This document shows positions 12,691 through 24,306 of a DNA stretch of 64,000 nt, in pieces; within the stretch, counting starts at the first letter, position 1; each line of letters begins with the position of its first letter. The position numbers were made by a program, and so were the translations under genes. Source of the DNA: Candidatus Marinacidobacterales bacterium (GTDB lineage Bacteria; Acidobacteriota; Vicinamibacteria; Marinacidobacterales; DATDRI01); contig OZ244742.1 of NCBI GenBank assembly GCA_965219415.1, positions 1,120,001-1,184,000 of the forward strand, in the 5' to 3' direction. The notes under the pieces are model-generated. The model saw only the letters and a program-made list of their open reading frames with translations. It made no database searches and was not told the DNA's origin.

Positions 12691-13667
12691 TCAGGGTTCA
12701 GGATGGAAGGCGCTCGACCGCCGGGAGGGCAACCGTTCGGCCGTGGCCGACAAGGGCGCACGCCTTTTCCCGACACCGAGCTGGAGGAGACCGGTGCGTG
12801 GCAGCTAGTCGTCCGCCATCGGGCCGGATCTCTCGAGGCCGCAGTCTCCGAAGCTCGCCGCCGCAATCTCGCTGTCAGTCTCGGTGTCCTCGCGCTTCTG
12901 GCCGTCAGTGTCGCCATGATCGTTCTCTCGACCCAGCGCGCCCAGCGACTCGCGAGACAACAAGTGGAGTTCGTGGCCGGCGTGACTCACGAGCTCCAAA
13001 CCCCGCTCGCGGTCATTCGCTCGGCCGGCCAGAATCTCGCCGATGGAGTCGTGGATGGACCGAAACAAATTAGAGAGTACGGTTCTCTGGTCGAGAAGGA
13101 GGGGCGCCGCCTCTCCGGCATGGTGGATCAAGTATTGGAGTTCGCCGGGCTGCAATCGCAAAGAAGCAACCTCACGATCGAGGTTGTTCCGATCGATCCG
13201 GTCATCGAGTCTGCCCTCTCCGATTGCGGAGCAGCCATCGACGAATCCGGGGTCCGAGTGGACAAAGAGATCGAGCCCCAACTCTCCGTTATGGCCGATG
13301 CGTCTGCCTTGCGCCGGGCGATTCAAAACCTAGTCGATAACGCGATCAAGTATGGCGGAGATGAAAAATGGGTCGGCGTTGGCGCGAAGGTCGGCAAAGA
13401 AGGCAGGAAAGGTGAGATCCTGAGATCCTGATCACCATAGCCGACAAAGGGCCCGGCATCCCCGCCGACGATCTTCCTCACCTTTTCGAGCCCTTCTATC
13501 GCGGAAAAAAGGCACAGGCCGGACGAGCGCGTGGGAGTGGCCTAGGGCTCGCGCTGGTTCGCCAAATCATCGAGGGACATGGCGGGAGAATCACCGTCAA
13601 GAGCGCCAAGGGACAAGGCACGACTTTCAACATTCACGTCCCGGCGAGTACCGGGCCAAAGAAATAA
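12691..13667 (+). pseudogene. Sensor histidine kinase, N-terminus lost, frameshifted by an 8-bp duplication
   Basis: TM helix, VTHELQTPL (H box), QNLVDNAIKY (N box); after TGAGATCC x2 (13413-13428) it continues IADKGPGI..FEPFYR..GSGLGL. Confidence 0.85.
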
Positions 13668-14353
13668 TGAAATCCAGAGTCTTACTGGTCGAGGACGAGC
13701 CCGGTCTCGTACTGACATTGAGTGATCGACTCGCCAAAGAGGGATACGCGGTGGCCGCGGCCGGCGACGGGGAGGAAGGCCTGAAGCAGGCGACTTCGGA
13801 GTCTTTTGATCTCGTTATCTTGGACGTGATGCTTCCAGGTAAGAGTGGTTTCGATGTGTGTCGTGATCTACGCCAAAAGGGTTTTCAGAAGCCGATCCTC
13901 ATGTTGACGGCCAAGGGGCAGGTCACCGACAAGGTGGTGGGCCTGAAGCTTGGGGCGGACGACTACCTAACGAAACCCTTCGAAATGATGGAGCTCTTGG
14001 CGCGTATCGAGGCCTTGCTACGCCGCTCCCCTACCGGAGAAACCGCTCCCACCGGAACGTATCGATTCGGCAACGTCGAGATCGACTTCCGCCGCGCCGA
14101 AGTCTCCCGCGAAGGCGAGCCGGTAGAGCTTTCGGCACTCGAGCTCAAGCTCCTTCGATACTTCATCGAGCACCGCGGGGCGACCATCTCGAGGGACGAG
14201 CTTCTCAATGAGGTCTGGGGCTACGACTCGATGCCGCACTCACGGACGGTGGACGTCCACGTCTCTTGGCTGCGCCAAAAAATAGAAACGAATCCCTCCC
14301 ATCCCGAGTTCATAGTGACGATTCACCGACTGGGATATAAGTTCGTGGGATAA
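13667..14353 (+). CDS. OmpR/PhoB-family response regulator
   Basis: LLVEDE, LDVMLP, GADDYLTKPF, RTVDVHVSWLRQKIE. Confidence 0.95.
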   Translation: MKSRVLLVEDEPGLVLTLSDRLAKEGYAVAAAGDGEEGLKQATSESFDLVILDVMLPGKSGFDVCRDLRQKGFQKPILMLTAKGQVTDKVVGLKLGADDYLTKPFEMMELLARIEALLRRSPTGETAPTGTYRFGNVEIDFRRAEVSREGEPVELSALELKLLRYFIEHRGATISRDELLNEVWGYDSMPHSRTVDVHVSWLRQKIETNPSHPEFIVTIHRLGYKFVG

Positions 14354-14356
14354 AAC

Positions 14357-15745
14357 TCAAAGCGCCAGTGCGGTGCCGGGCTCGCGGGGGATGAACTTCC
14401 CTTGTCCCACTCTGCCGGTGAACTTCTGATCATCGACGACCACTTGGCCACGGAGCAGGACCTGGGCCGGTACCCCAGTCACTTCCCTTCCTTCGTAGGG
14501 GTTGTAGTCGACGTTCATGCGGTGGGTCTTGGCGCTGATGGTCCATTTGGCATTCGGATCCCAAATCAATATGTCGGCGTCGGCACCCACGGTGATGGAA
14601 CCCTTGCGCGGATAGAGTCCGAAGATCTTCGCCGGCCGCGTACTCACGAGCTCGACGAAACGGTTGAGAGAAATCCGACCCTTTCGCACGCCCCCATCGT
14701 GCAAGAGCATGAGTCGAGTCTCGATACCGGGCGCTCCGTTGGGAATCTTGGAAAAATCGTCCTTGCCGATCTCCTTCTGCTCCTTCATGCAAAAGCTACA
14801 ATGATCGGTGGAGACGGCCTGCAGGGCGTCCGTCTTGATGCCGTTCCACAGTCGTTCCTCGTTGCCCTTAGGACGAAGCGGAGGGGACATCACGAATTTG
14901 GCGCCCTCGAACCCCGGTCGCTCGTAATCTTCGTACGAAAGAAACAAATACTGGGGGCAGGTCTCCGCGTAGGCGGGGAATCCGCGCTCGCGGGCGCGCC
15001 GCACCTCTTCCATCGCGTCACCCGCGGACAGGTGGACGATATAGATAGGTACGTCGGCCATTTCCGCGAGTGCAATGGCGCGGCGCGTCGCTTCGGCCTC
15101 GGCACTCATCGGACGAGTCAACGCGTGCCACTTCGGCTCGGTATGCCCCTCGGCCAGGGCGCGTTCCACGAGCGTATCGATGACTCCGCCGTTCTCGGCG
15201 TGCATACAGACCAACCCGCCATTGTCCTTGGTGCGAAGCAGGGCGCGAAAGATCGTCGCGTCGTCCACCATGAAGACGCCGGGGTAAGCCATGAAGAGCT
15301 TGAAGCTGGTGACGCCTTCGCGAACCAACTCATCCATTTCCTTGAGATGAGATTCCTTTAGCTCCCGCACGATGGTATGAAAGGAATAGTCCATGGCCGC
15401 CTTTCCGTCGGCGCGACCAAACCAGGCGTCCACTCCGGCGCGCAGAGACTTTCCAAAGTCCTGAATAGCGAAATCGATGATCGTCGTCGTACCACCGCAC
15501 ACCGCCGCCGTCGTTCCACTCTCCCAATCATCCGCGGTCACCGTACCGCCAAAGGGCATCTCGAGGTGAGTGTGCACGTCGATGCCGCCCGGCATCACGT
15601 ACTTGCCGCTAGCGTCGATCGTCTCGTGCGCTTCCAGATCCGTTCCTATCGTGGCGATCTTCTCGCCGCGGATACCGACGTCGGCAGCGTAGGTGTCGTC
15701 TACGGTAACCACAGTGCCACCCTGGATGACTTTGTCGAGTGTCAT
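14357..15745 (-). CDS. hydA: Dihydropyrimidinase / D-hydantoinase
   Basis: PGGIDVHTH, SFKLFMAY, HAENG, VMSPPLR, STDHC, IPNGAPGIE. Confidence 0.93.
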   Translation of the reverse strand: MTLDKVIQGGTVVTVDDTYAADVGIRGEKIATIGTDLEAHETIDASGKYVMPGGIDVHTHLEMPFGGTVTADDWESGTTAAVCGGTTTIIDFAIQDFGKSLRAGVDAWFGRADGKAAMDYSFHTIVRELKESHLKEMDELVREGVTSFKLFMAYPGVFMVDDATIFRALLRTKDNGGLVCMHAENGGVIDTLVERALAEGHTEPKWHALTRPMSAEAEATRRAIALAEMADVPIYIVHLSAGDAMEEVRRARERGFPAYAETCPQYLFLSYEDYERPGFEGAKFVMSPPLRPKGNEERLWNGIKTDALQAVSTDHCSFCMKEQKEIGKDDFSKIPNGAPGIETRLMLLHDGGVRKGRISLNRFVELVSTRPAKIFGLYPRKGSITVGADADILIWDPNAKWTISAKTHRMNVDYNPYEGREVTGVPAQVLLRGQVVVDDQKFTGRVGQGKFIPREPGTALAL

Positions 15746-15759
15746 GGGATCCCCCCCTT

Positions 15760-15793
15760 TAGGAAGCTGAGTCTAGTAGGAAGCTGAGTCTAG
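15760..15793. repeat. 17-bp tandem duplication upstream of hydA
   Basis: TAGGAAGCTGAGTCTAG x2. Confidence 0.85.
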
Positions 15794-15844
15794 AGAAAGT
15801 GAGAATACTGAGCTAGCTGCGCGAAAGCAAGACCCCCGTGGCGT

Positions 15845-17733
15845 TTACACCCACGTTCTTAGCCCGATAATTCTCCAATAGGACAAATAGAACAGCACCG
15901 TGAGGTTGGCGAGTGAGACTAGCAAGGAGTGAACGCGGACGCTCTTGCGCGCCGAGCCGGTTCGAAACGCCTGCACCAATCCCGAAACGGCGAAGATGGT
16001 GAAGAGCCAAGTCAGTACGACCCAGGACCACGACCAAACGGTCGGCCTTCCGAAGTCCCAGATCATGTCGTCGCCCGAGGCCATGATGAGTCCGAAGGCT
16101 CCTGCCAATGAGAGCACGGAAAGAAGCGGCAAGATCCGGACGTTCAGGTGATCGACACCACGCAGTCGCTCCAGCAACTTCCGCGGCACCCAAACGAGGG
16201 CAAACAGAATCGAGCTCGCCATCAGAACGAGTGCAAGCGCGGCGAGACCGAGCTCCAGCCAAACGTACCACGCCGGAACAGCGCGGAACGCACCGAAGAG
16301 CCCGAGGGCAATGTTCTCCCTTTCCTCTCCCTGGAGCAAGATTACGCTGGCGATCGGATCGCCCTCTTTGACGAACTTCCCATCGCCGGCCGGCAGGTAC
16401 ACTTGCTCGTCGTCGAAGAGCGGCTTCATGACCAGTCCCCGGTCCTTGGTGTATACGCGTTGGATATCGGTGAGACGAACCAGAAATCGTGTGAGCTCCG
16501 TCCGTGGTGCCACCGGTTCGTAGTATCCGGCCCATCTCTCAAGCTCTTCCCGGGCAACGTCGGCAGTAGCGGGAGTCGGTTTTTCCAGGTTGCGAGTGAC
16601 GTACCGCCGAAGCAGTTCTTGGATCCTCACGAAGACGTCCCCGTCGCCCGAACTGATCATGAACGCATAGCCAATGCCATGCTCCGGAAGGTATCCGTAA
16701 TCGGCAAGATAAGCGTTGACACCTCCGGAATGCCCGTGGAACACGAAGCCGTTGTCGAGATCCGTGTAGTTCCCCAGTGCGTATCCAGTTGGGAGACCGT
16801 GTCGTCTGCTCAAAGCGGTCGCCGGAGTCTCCATGCGCTCGATGGATTCCGACTGGAGAAGTGACCGACCGTCAACGGCGCCGCGGTTCAACAACAACGC
16901 CTCGGCACGGGAGATGGCCTCCTTCGTCCAGCTGTTGGCACCCGAGGGTCTGTCGAGGATGTGCCAGTATGGTGCTACGGTCACGCCATCGCTTTCATGA
17001 CCGATGGCGAGATTCTCCTCGACGGTTTCGGTCAGAAAGTAGCTCGCCGTCCTCATTCCGATCGGATCGAATAGGTGCTCCTGAACGAAATCTTCGAAGC
17101 GTTTCCCGGCAATTTTTTCGACGACGTAGGCGGCTGCTGCTGGCCCAGAATTGCAGTACGAGACATAGGTGCCGGGCTTCCACCGTGATGTCCTAGACTT
17201 GGGATCGTACGCGAGACCATCACGCAGGCTTATGGGATCGGGATCGTTGTGCGCGTACTCCCGCAAATGAATGTCGTCGAAACCCGTGGTGTGCTCGAGG
17301 AGGGGACGAGACGGACGGGATCCGTTTCCTCCCACGGATTGTCGAACTCGATCTCAGGCGCGAGCTCGCTGAGTTTGTCATTCAAATCGAGCTTGCCCTG
17401 CTCTTGCAGCATCAAGACGGCAAGCCCCACGAAGCTCTTCGAGATGGAACCGACTCTGAAGAGCGTGTCCGGAGTTACCCTTCGACCTGTTGCGAGGTCG
17501 GCCCTGCCGATCCCTCCCAGCCATAGCACTTCGTTGCGCGACACCAGCGCAACCCCCGCTCCCGCCGTGTTGCTCTCGTCCAAGACCTTTTGCAAGGCTT
17601 GCTCGAGCTCTGCAAGATCTTTCGGAGTCACCGGCTCGTCTTCCTGCAACGCCATGCAGGGCCGAGACCAGATACCGAGAGTTAGGGTCAGGACGATCGC
17701 GCCCCAGAACGCGCGGGCGGCCATGCGGCTCAT
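15845..17733 (-). pseudogene. Serine hydrolase (beta-lactamase family) with C-terminal TM helices; frameshift near 17303 and internal micro-inversion
   Basis: FRVGSISK (SxxK), LLEHTTG, YCN, HSGG; two ORFs joined by a 1-nt loss. Confidence 0.85.
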
Positions 17734-17827
17734 GCGCCCTACCCTACCATGAGGGTCCGTCCTTCGTTCGAGCCCCTCCCGTCCGCGGTGTTAGCCCCTC
17801 CGCTTGCGGTGTTAGTATGAACGACCC

Positions 17828-18617
17828 ATGGGCGACCAAAGAGAGACGGCGCTCGTTTACTGGAGCGTCGTCGGGAATCGGACGGGCTCTCGCCGAGCTT
17901 CTGGCAAAGGACGGGTATGACTTGGTCTTGGTGGCGCGAAGAGAAGACCGCTTGCAAGCCCTTCAGAACGAGTGGAGTGAGCACTACTCGATAGCCGTTC
18001 GCGTCGTAGCAATGGATCTGGCGGCGCACACCGCACCCCAGAAGCTTTTCGACGCGCTCGAAGGCGACAGCATCGACGTGCTCGTCAACAACGCCGGCTT
18101 CGCATCCTATGGGCCGTTCGCGGAAAGCAACACCGCGAACGACCTGGAGATGATTCAGGTGAACATCACAACGCTGACGCACCTCACCCGGTTGTTCCTT
18201 CCCAAAATGATCGAACGCGGACAGGGCCGCATCATGAACATCGCCTCCACCGCGGCGTTTGTCCCAGGGCCGCTGATGGCGGTGTACTACGCCACCAAGG
18301 CGTACGTGTTGTCCTTCTCCCAGGCACTCGCCGAAGAGTTACGCGGCAGCGGTGTGACCGTCACAACGTACTGCCCAGGTCCGGTGGCGACGGAGTTTCA
18401 GGGAAGGGCCAAGCTCGAGCGATCCGGGCTCCTTCGCTACGGGCTCGTCGAGGTCGAACCTATCGCCGCGGAAGGCTATCGCGCCATGATGTCCGGAAAC
18501 GTTGTCGCCATCCCCGGATTGCCGAGCAAGCTGGTTGCCCTGGCCGCTCGCCTGACGCCTCGGTCGATCCTGCGACGAGCCATGAAGAAGGTTCAGTCCC
18601 AAGTGGTGGAGCCCTAG
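17828..18617 (+). pseudogene. SDR-family oxidoreductase, +1 frameshift near 17857
   Basis: MGDQRETALV(+T)TGASSGIG, NNAG, YYATK. Confidence 0.85.
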
Positions 18618-18631
18618 GGTATGGAGGATAG

Positions 18632-21330
18632 ATGAATCAAAGAAACCGCCGTCTCGTCTGCATGCTTCCCTTCTTGGTCGGCATCGCCTCGATGGGCTAC
18701 GCGGCGCCCCCCGGAGAGGACTTCGATTTCTGGACCGGCGCTCAGTACGACCCCGCCGTCCCCACGATGGAGTCGGTGTTGGGCCACGCCCCCGGCGAGC
18801 GCATCGCCTCTCATGCCGAGCTCATCGAATACCTCCGCGCGCTCGAGACCGCTCAGCCCGATCGTATCAAGGTCGTCGAGTACGCCCGAAGCTGGGAGGG
18901 TCGCGAGCTAGTCAATGTTTTCATCGGTTCGGCGGAGAACATCGCGAGAATGGATGAAATCGGTGACCAGATGAAACGCCTGGCGGACCCACGCAAGACC
19001 CCCGAAGGCGAGGCACGTCAACTCATCGACTCACTACCGGCGATCACCTGGTTGGCCTATGGAGTTCACGGCAACGAGATCTCCTCACCCGACGCCAGTC
19101 TCCTGACCGCCTACCACCTTCTCGCGAGCCGCGGCGACGAGGTCGTGGACACCATCCTCGCGAACTCGCTGGTGGTCCTCGATCCCACCCAAAATCCGGA
19201 CGGCCGGGACCGCTTCGTTCACAACTTCCGCATCGCCGAGGGACTCCTCCTCCAGGCACATCCCTTGGCAGCTGAGCACAACGAGCCCTGGCCTGGCGGA
19301 CGGACCAATCATTACTATTTCGATTTGAACCGCGACTGGTTGGCCCTTACCCAACCGGAAACCCGGGGTCGGGTGCGCACCCTACTGGAATGGTTTCCAG
19401 CAATCTTCGTCGACCTCCACGAGATGGGCGGGAACTCCACCTACTACTTCGCTCCGGAGGCACTCCCCTACAGCCCGCACATCACATCGCCGCAACGAGA
19501 CAAACTGGAACTCTACGGCCGAAACAACGCCAAGTGGTTCGACCGCTTTGGATTCGACTACTTCACACGCGAAGTCTTCGATGCCTTTTATCCGGGCTAC
19601 GGCGCGAGCTGGCCGCTCTACCACGGGAGCATCGCAACAACCTATGAGCAAGCCTCGGCGAGCGGGCTGGTGTGGCGGCGAGCCGACGGCATCGATCTCT
19701 CGTTCCGGGAAACCGTGCGCCACCACTTCGTGAGCTCCATCTCGACGGCGGAGACCACGGCGCGCCATCGTTCTGAGCTCCTGACCGATTTCTATCGCTA
19801 CCGTGCCAGCGCCATCGAGGAAGGCCAGAGCGAGGGGATCCGCGAGTATATCCTCCCCAATCGCGGCGACCGTTCGACCGTTCTCAAGCTCGCTAGTCTA
19901 ATGGCCGAGCATGGAGTCGATGTACGCCGCTCCAACTCCACGGTTCGGGCCTGCGGCAACGAGTATCCCGCGGGAAGCTATGCGATCTCGATGGCGCAGC
20001 CGACGAAACGGCTCATCCGAATGCTCCTCGATCCGGAAGTTCCCATGGAAGCGGGCTTTATTGAAGAACAGGAGCGACGGCGACGGAGGAGGAAACGCGA
20101 CGAGATCTACGACGTCACCGGTTGGTCCTTACCCTTGATGTTCAACGTGGAATGCGTCCCCTGCGACGAAGAGGCTCAAGGGGACTTCGAGAACGTGAAG
20201 CCTCTCCGCATCGGCCCCGGAAAGCTAGAGGGCGACAAGGCGACGGTGGCGTACCTCGCACCCTGGGGAACCGCAGCCGCTGCCAGGCTTCTGTCGGCGG
20301 CACTGCGCGCCGATCTCAGAGTCTCAGCAGCGACAAAACCTTCACTCAAAACGGTAGGCGTTTTCCGTCCGGGACACTCATTTTCAAAGTGAGCCAGAAT
20401 CTGGCGAACCTGCACGACACTCTCTCGTCGCTCGCGTCTTCCACCGGTGCGGAGATCTACAGCACCGATACCGGCTGGGTCGACTAAGGAGTCAACTTCG
20501 GCAGCCGCAACGTCCTGCACGTCCGACGACCGAGAGTGGCTCTGGCTTGGGATCGTCCCACCCGCGCCTACTCGGCCGGAGCGACGCGCTTCGTCCTCGA
20601 GCGTCAGTTCGACTACCCGGTGACACCGATCCGCGTTCGGCAGCTCGCCGGCGACCTGAGCAGGTTCGACGTTTTGATCCTTCCCGATGGAACATACGAC
20701 TCGGCCTTCGACTCCGCTGCCGCCGAGCAACTCGAAGCATGGGTTCGAGCCGGTGGCACGCTCATCGGTCTTGCCGGCGCCGTCGATTACTTGGCGGACA
20801 AAGACGTAGGACTTTTGAATATCCAGCTAGAGGAAAGAGCGGGCAAGGCCGCCGAGGAAGAGAGCAAGCAGAACCATTCCAGCGGCGGCACCGAGGGAAC
20901 TCTCTTGGTTAGCAAAAGTGACTACCTCGAGGCCATCGAGCCGGAGTCCGAACAACCCGACAGCGTCGCGGGCGTGTTGGTGAGAGCAGGACTCGATGAC
21001 GACAACTGGGTGACCGCCGGACTCCAAGGCTCCGTCAACGCCCTAGTCAACGGGCGACGGATCTTTTCGCCCATGACTCTCGACGATGGCGTGAACGCCG
21101 CGACGTTTGCGGGAGCGGACGAGCTCGTTGCGAGCGGCTACATGTGGGACGAGAATCGACGACAGCTTGCCTATAAGCCTTTTGTCGTCGTCGAGAATCA
21201 CGGGCGCGGCATCGTCGTGGGATTCACCACCGACCCAACGTTTCGCGCCTATCTCGATGGCTTGAATGTCTTGTTTCTGAACGCCGTCTTCCGCGCTCCG
21301 GCGCGAGCTCGCCCAGCGGTCGCTCCGTAG
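18632..21330 (+). pseudogene. M14-family zinc carboxypeptidase with GATase-like C-terminal domain; frameshift near 20325 and TAA at 20485
   Basis: GVHGNE, NPDGR, DLNRDW, DLHEM; later FDVLILPDG..WVRAGGTLI. Confidence 0.85.
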
Positions 21331-21353
21331 TTTTGGTGCCGTCCCTCCTTTAT

Positions 21354-21390
21354 TCCCTCTCCCCCTTGGGGGAGAGGGTAGGGTGAGGGT
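21354..21390. repeat. REP-like palindromic element, copy 1
   Basis: CCCTCTCCCCC-TT-GGGGGAGAGGG TAGGGTGAGGG between convergent genes; related copy at 54727. Confidence 0.65.
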
Positions 21391-21392
21391 GA

Positions 21393-22173
21393 TCAGCGCT
21401 CCGCCCAAAAAAGGATTCGCTTGAAGGTGAAAAGGAACGGGCGACCGTCGCCTAGACGAGGCAGCAGCCGATCCCGATACCCCTCGAGGAAGTCCCGGAA
21501 CATTTCATCGGATAACCGGCGCTCGTAAACCGTCAGAAAGCGAGCCCCTCAGCCACTCAACGACCTCGTCCTTCGACGCGAGTTGGTGCGGGTACACCTG
21601 AAGGCGAACGTGCTGCTCTCGATAGCCCAATTCCTGGAGAAGCGAGGCATAGTCTTCGGGCTCGAGGACGAAGAGCGGGTGGGAATAGCCGCCGAGTGCT
21701 TCCCGGAAAGGTGATTCCTCTGCAATTTCACTGGCCGCCTCGTGGGAGATGTGATCGAAGTTCGCGGGAACCTGAATCGCGAGCTGCCCGCTGTCGGCGA
21801 GTGTGGCGGTGAGCCTCGTAACAAACCGTCGATGATCCGGAATCCAGTGCAAGGCGGCGTTCGAGAACACCAAGTCGTAAGCGGCGTCGGCTTCAGAGAC
21901 GAAATCGGCAATGTCTTGTCGACGAAAGCTCAGCCCCTCCCCCGCGTGGGTCTCCGCCTCTTCGAGCATCGCTTCCGAGCTATCGATGCCAACGGTCTCC
22001 TGCGCCCCCAGACGGCAATGGAGCTCATCGGTAAGCTCTCCCGGTCCACATCCCAGATCCACGACTCGCATCCGCGGCTTCGGACGGACCAGTGCCAAGA
22101 GATCGAAGAAGGGTTGTCTGCGCTCCATGCGAAAGCGCCTGTACTTCTCCGGGTCCCAAGGATCTGTTTTCAT
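21393..22173 (-). pseudogene. tam: Trans-aconitate 2-methyltransferase-like, +1 frameshift near 21538
   Basis: WDPEKY..R.QPFFDLL, VVDLGCGPG, FSNAALHW, QVPANF; restored tail ends FTFKRILFWAER*. Confidence 0.75.
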
Positions 22174-22515
22174 CTCTCTACTTATACAACTCTACGCCAA
22201 AGAAAAGCCGGCGAGCGCAGAAAACACACATTCTTTCCAACTGTTGTCTCACAAATTTTTTCATTACCTATTCCCACCTCCGTCCGGTTGTGATACGAGT
22301 CCCCTTATCTACACCGTGCGCTAGGGTCGGCCTGCCAGGTTCGACCCAACTCAGTTCCAAGATTATGGACGAGAGGGTCACTATTGTGGGCATCTGTCTC
22401 CCTGATGAGGGTAAATCCACTCGGCCCGCGGTCCGCATCCGCGCCAAACGGTCTCTATCCACCCAAGCTGAGGGGGGTTTCCCATTACGCTCCAAGGAGT
22501 TGGCGCCGAAACGCC

Positions 22516-22531
22516 TGGCCCGCTTATTGCT
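22516..22531 (+). promoter_or_regulatory. Putative sigma-54 promoter upstream of the diguanylate cyclase
   Basis: TGGCCCGCTTATTGCT matches TGGCACG-N4-TTGCW with correct GG-to-GC spacing. Confidence 0.5.
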
Positions 22532-22629
22532 CTTAACGAGGTGGTGTGCCGAATTGCAACTAGCACCATTCTTTGATCTTCGAAGCGAGAACCGACCAAT
22601 CAGACTTCTCGATCTGAAAAAGTAGGAAG

Positions 22630-24303
22630 ATGGCCACCCAACGGAACGACGAAACCGGCAACAACATCTTTACGTCGGCGTTCACCTTGAAGCGCCCGGC
22701 GATGGGCATCCGCGCTAAGGTGCTTTCCGTCGTGGTCCTGTCGGCGCTCGCGCCGGCCATGCTGGTAGGAGCCGCCTCCTACTTGACGTCGCGGGAAGAT
22801 CCTTATCGAGAAGGTCAACGATCAGCTCACCGGCCGCGCTACTTCCTCGTCGGAACAGGTGAGCCGGTGGTTCAAGGAACGCTCCCTCGACACCGAGATA
22901 TTCGCCAATTCGTTCATCGTCTCAGAGAACCTAAGACGTTGGGAAGTAGCGAAGGGAACGAAGGACAAGTTAGCCGCGGAAGAATCCAGGAGGCGACTCC
23001 AGGCGTATTTGGCGCAAGTTCAGAATCGCTACCCGCTCTACCGTGAGCTTTTCATCATCGACGGACGAGGGACTCTGGTGGCGAAAACGCGGCCATTCAT
23101 GGAGGACGTGGAAACGGAGCTTGCACCGGAGCTGCTCGGTTCGGAAGGAGACACCGCGCTGCAGCGGCTCGGAAGTGAGCTCGTCTTCCACGCGCGACGA
23201 GAGGTGCGGGACAGCACCGACCAGACGGTGGGGACGCTTGTCACCGTCAGTGGTTTGTCAGAAATGTGGCAACGGCTTGGAGGCGAACTGCATTCCGATT
23301 TCGGATCGCTCCGGATCATCGATGAGAACGGAAGGCCGCTGTTTGATGGTCGCGCGAATCCTCCCGATCTGGCGAGTGACTTCGCGTCCGAGGGAGTTCA
23401 GCGTGCCCTTCGGGGCGAGAACGGCATTGCCGAGTACCAGGACGGTCGAGGGCTGGGGTGCTCGGAGCCTATCGATTCATTCTGCCGCACCGGTTGGGCC
23501 TCATCGTGGAGAGGGACAGCGAGAAGGCGTTTGCCGCCGTTCATCGCCTCCGAGACATGAACCTGGTCATCAGCGCTCTTGCGGTGTTCCTGGTCACGGG
23601 AATCGGATACGGACTCGTGGTGAGCCTCACCCGACCGATTGAAGCCCTTATCGAAGGCGCCAAGGCCGTGGCCAAGGGAGACCTCAGCCGTGAGATTCCT
23701 ATCGTCACCACCGACGAAATTGGCTACCTCACAAAGGTCTTCAATCGAATGACCCGTGCCCTCAAGGAAACCCATACCGATCTGCAGCAAAAATCCAGCA
23801 CCGACGAGCTCACCGGGCTCTTCAACCGTCGTTTCCTGGCAAAGGCGTTCGGCATGGAGTTGAGTCGAGCGGAACGAAGCAGTAAGCCGCTATCGGTGCT
23901 CATGATCGACATTAATCACTTCAAAGCCTTCAACGATCGCTACGGCCACCCCGAGGGAGACACCGTGCTGCGTAACACCAGCGCGTTCCTCACCAAGCAC
24001 TTGCGCTCGACCGACGTTGCGGCGCGCTACGGTGGCGAAGAGTTCATCGTTCTGCTCCCATCTACCGGGAAACGCTAGGCGGGGAAGAAGGCCGACAACC
24101 TGCGAAGGGCTTTTGCCGAGGCGGGCCTCAGCGGCGAAAGCAAGACCAAGGTTACCGTCAGCATCGGTGTGGCCTCGATGCCGGACGACGGACTCACCGA
24201 ACATGAGTTGGTGGGTGCCGCCGACGCGGCGCTTTACGTGGCGAAGCGCCAAGGTCGCAATCGAGTAGCGATCTTCGAAGTAGCGCAGCCGGCCGCCGGC
24301 TAG
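22630..24303 (+). pseudogene. Membrane diguanylate cyclase (Cache-like + HAMP + GGDEF), two frameshifts and an in-frame TAG
   Basis: DEIGYL..FNRM, DELTGLFNRR, ARYGGEEF, VTVSIGVA, ADAALYVAKRQGRNRV; breaks near 22795, 23457 and 24076. Confidence 0.85.
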
Positions 24304-24306
24304 GCA

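Noticed and set aside
15760-15793. 17-bp repeat as a CRISPR remnant
   Set aside because: Two adjacent copies with no spacer; no cas genes or array anywhere in the window
22410-22500. c-di-GMP riboswitch ahead of the GGDEF gene
   Set aside because: No GAAA-tetraloop stem or GCAAA receptor pattern found
22403-22515. Hammerhead-like core words CTGATGAG ... CGAAAC
   Set aside because: Stem II does not pair beyond 2 bp and there is no suitable cleavage triplet or stem I/III
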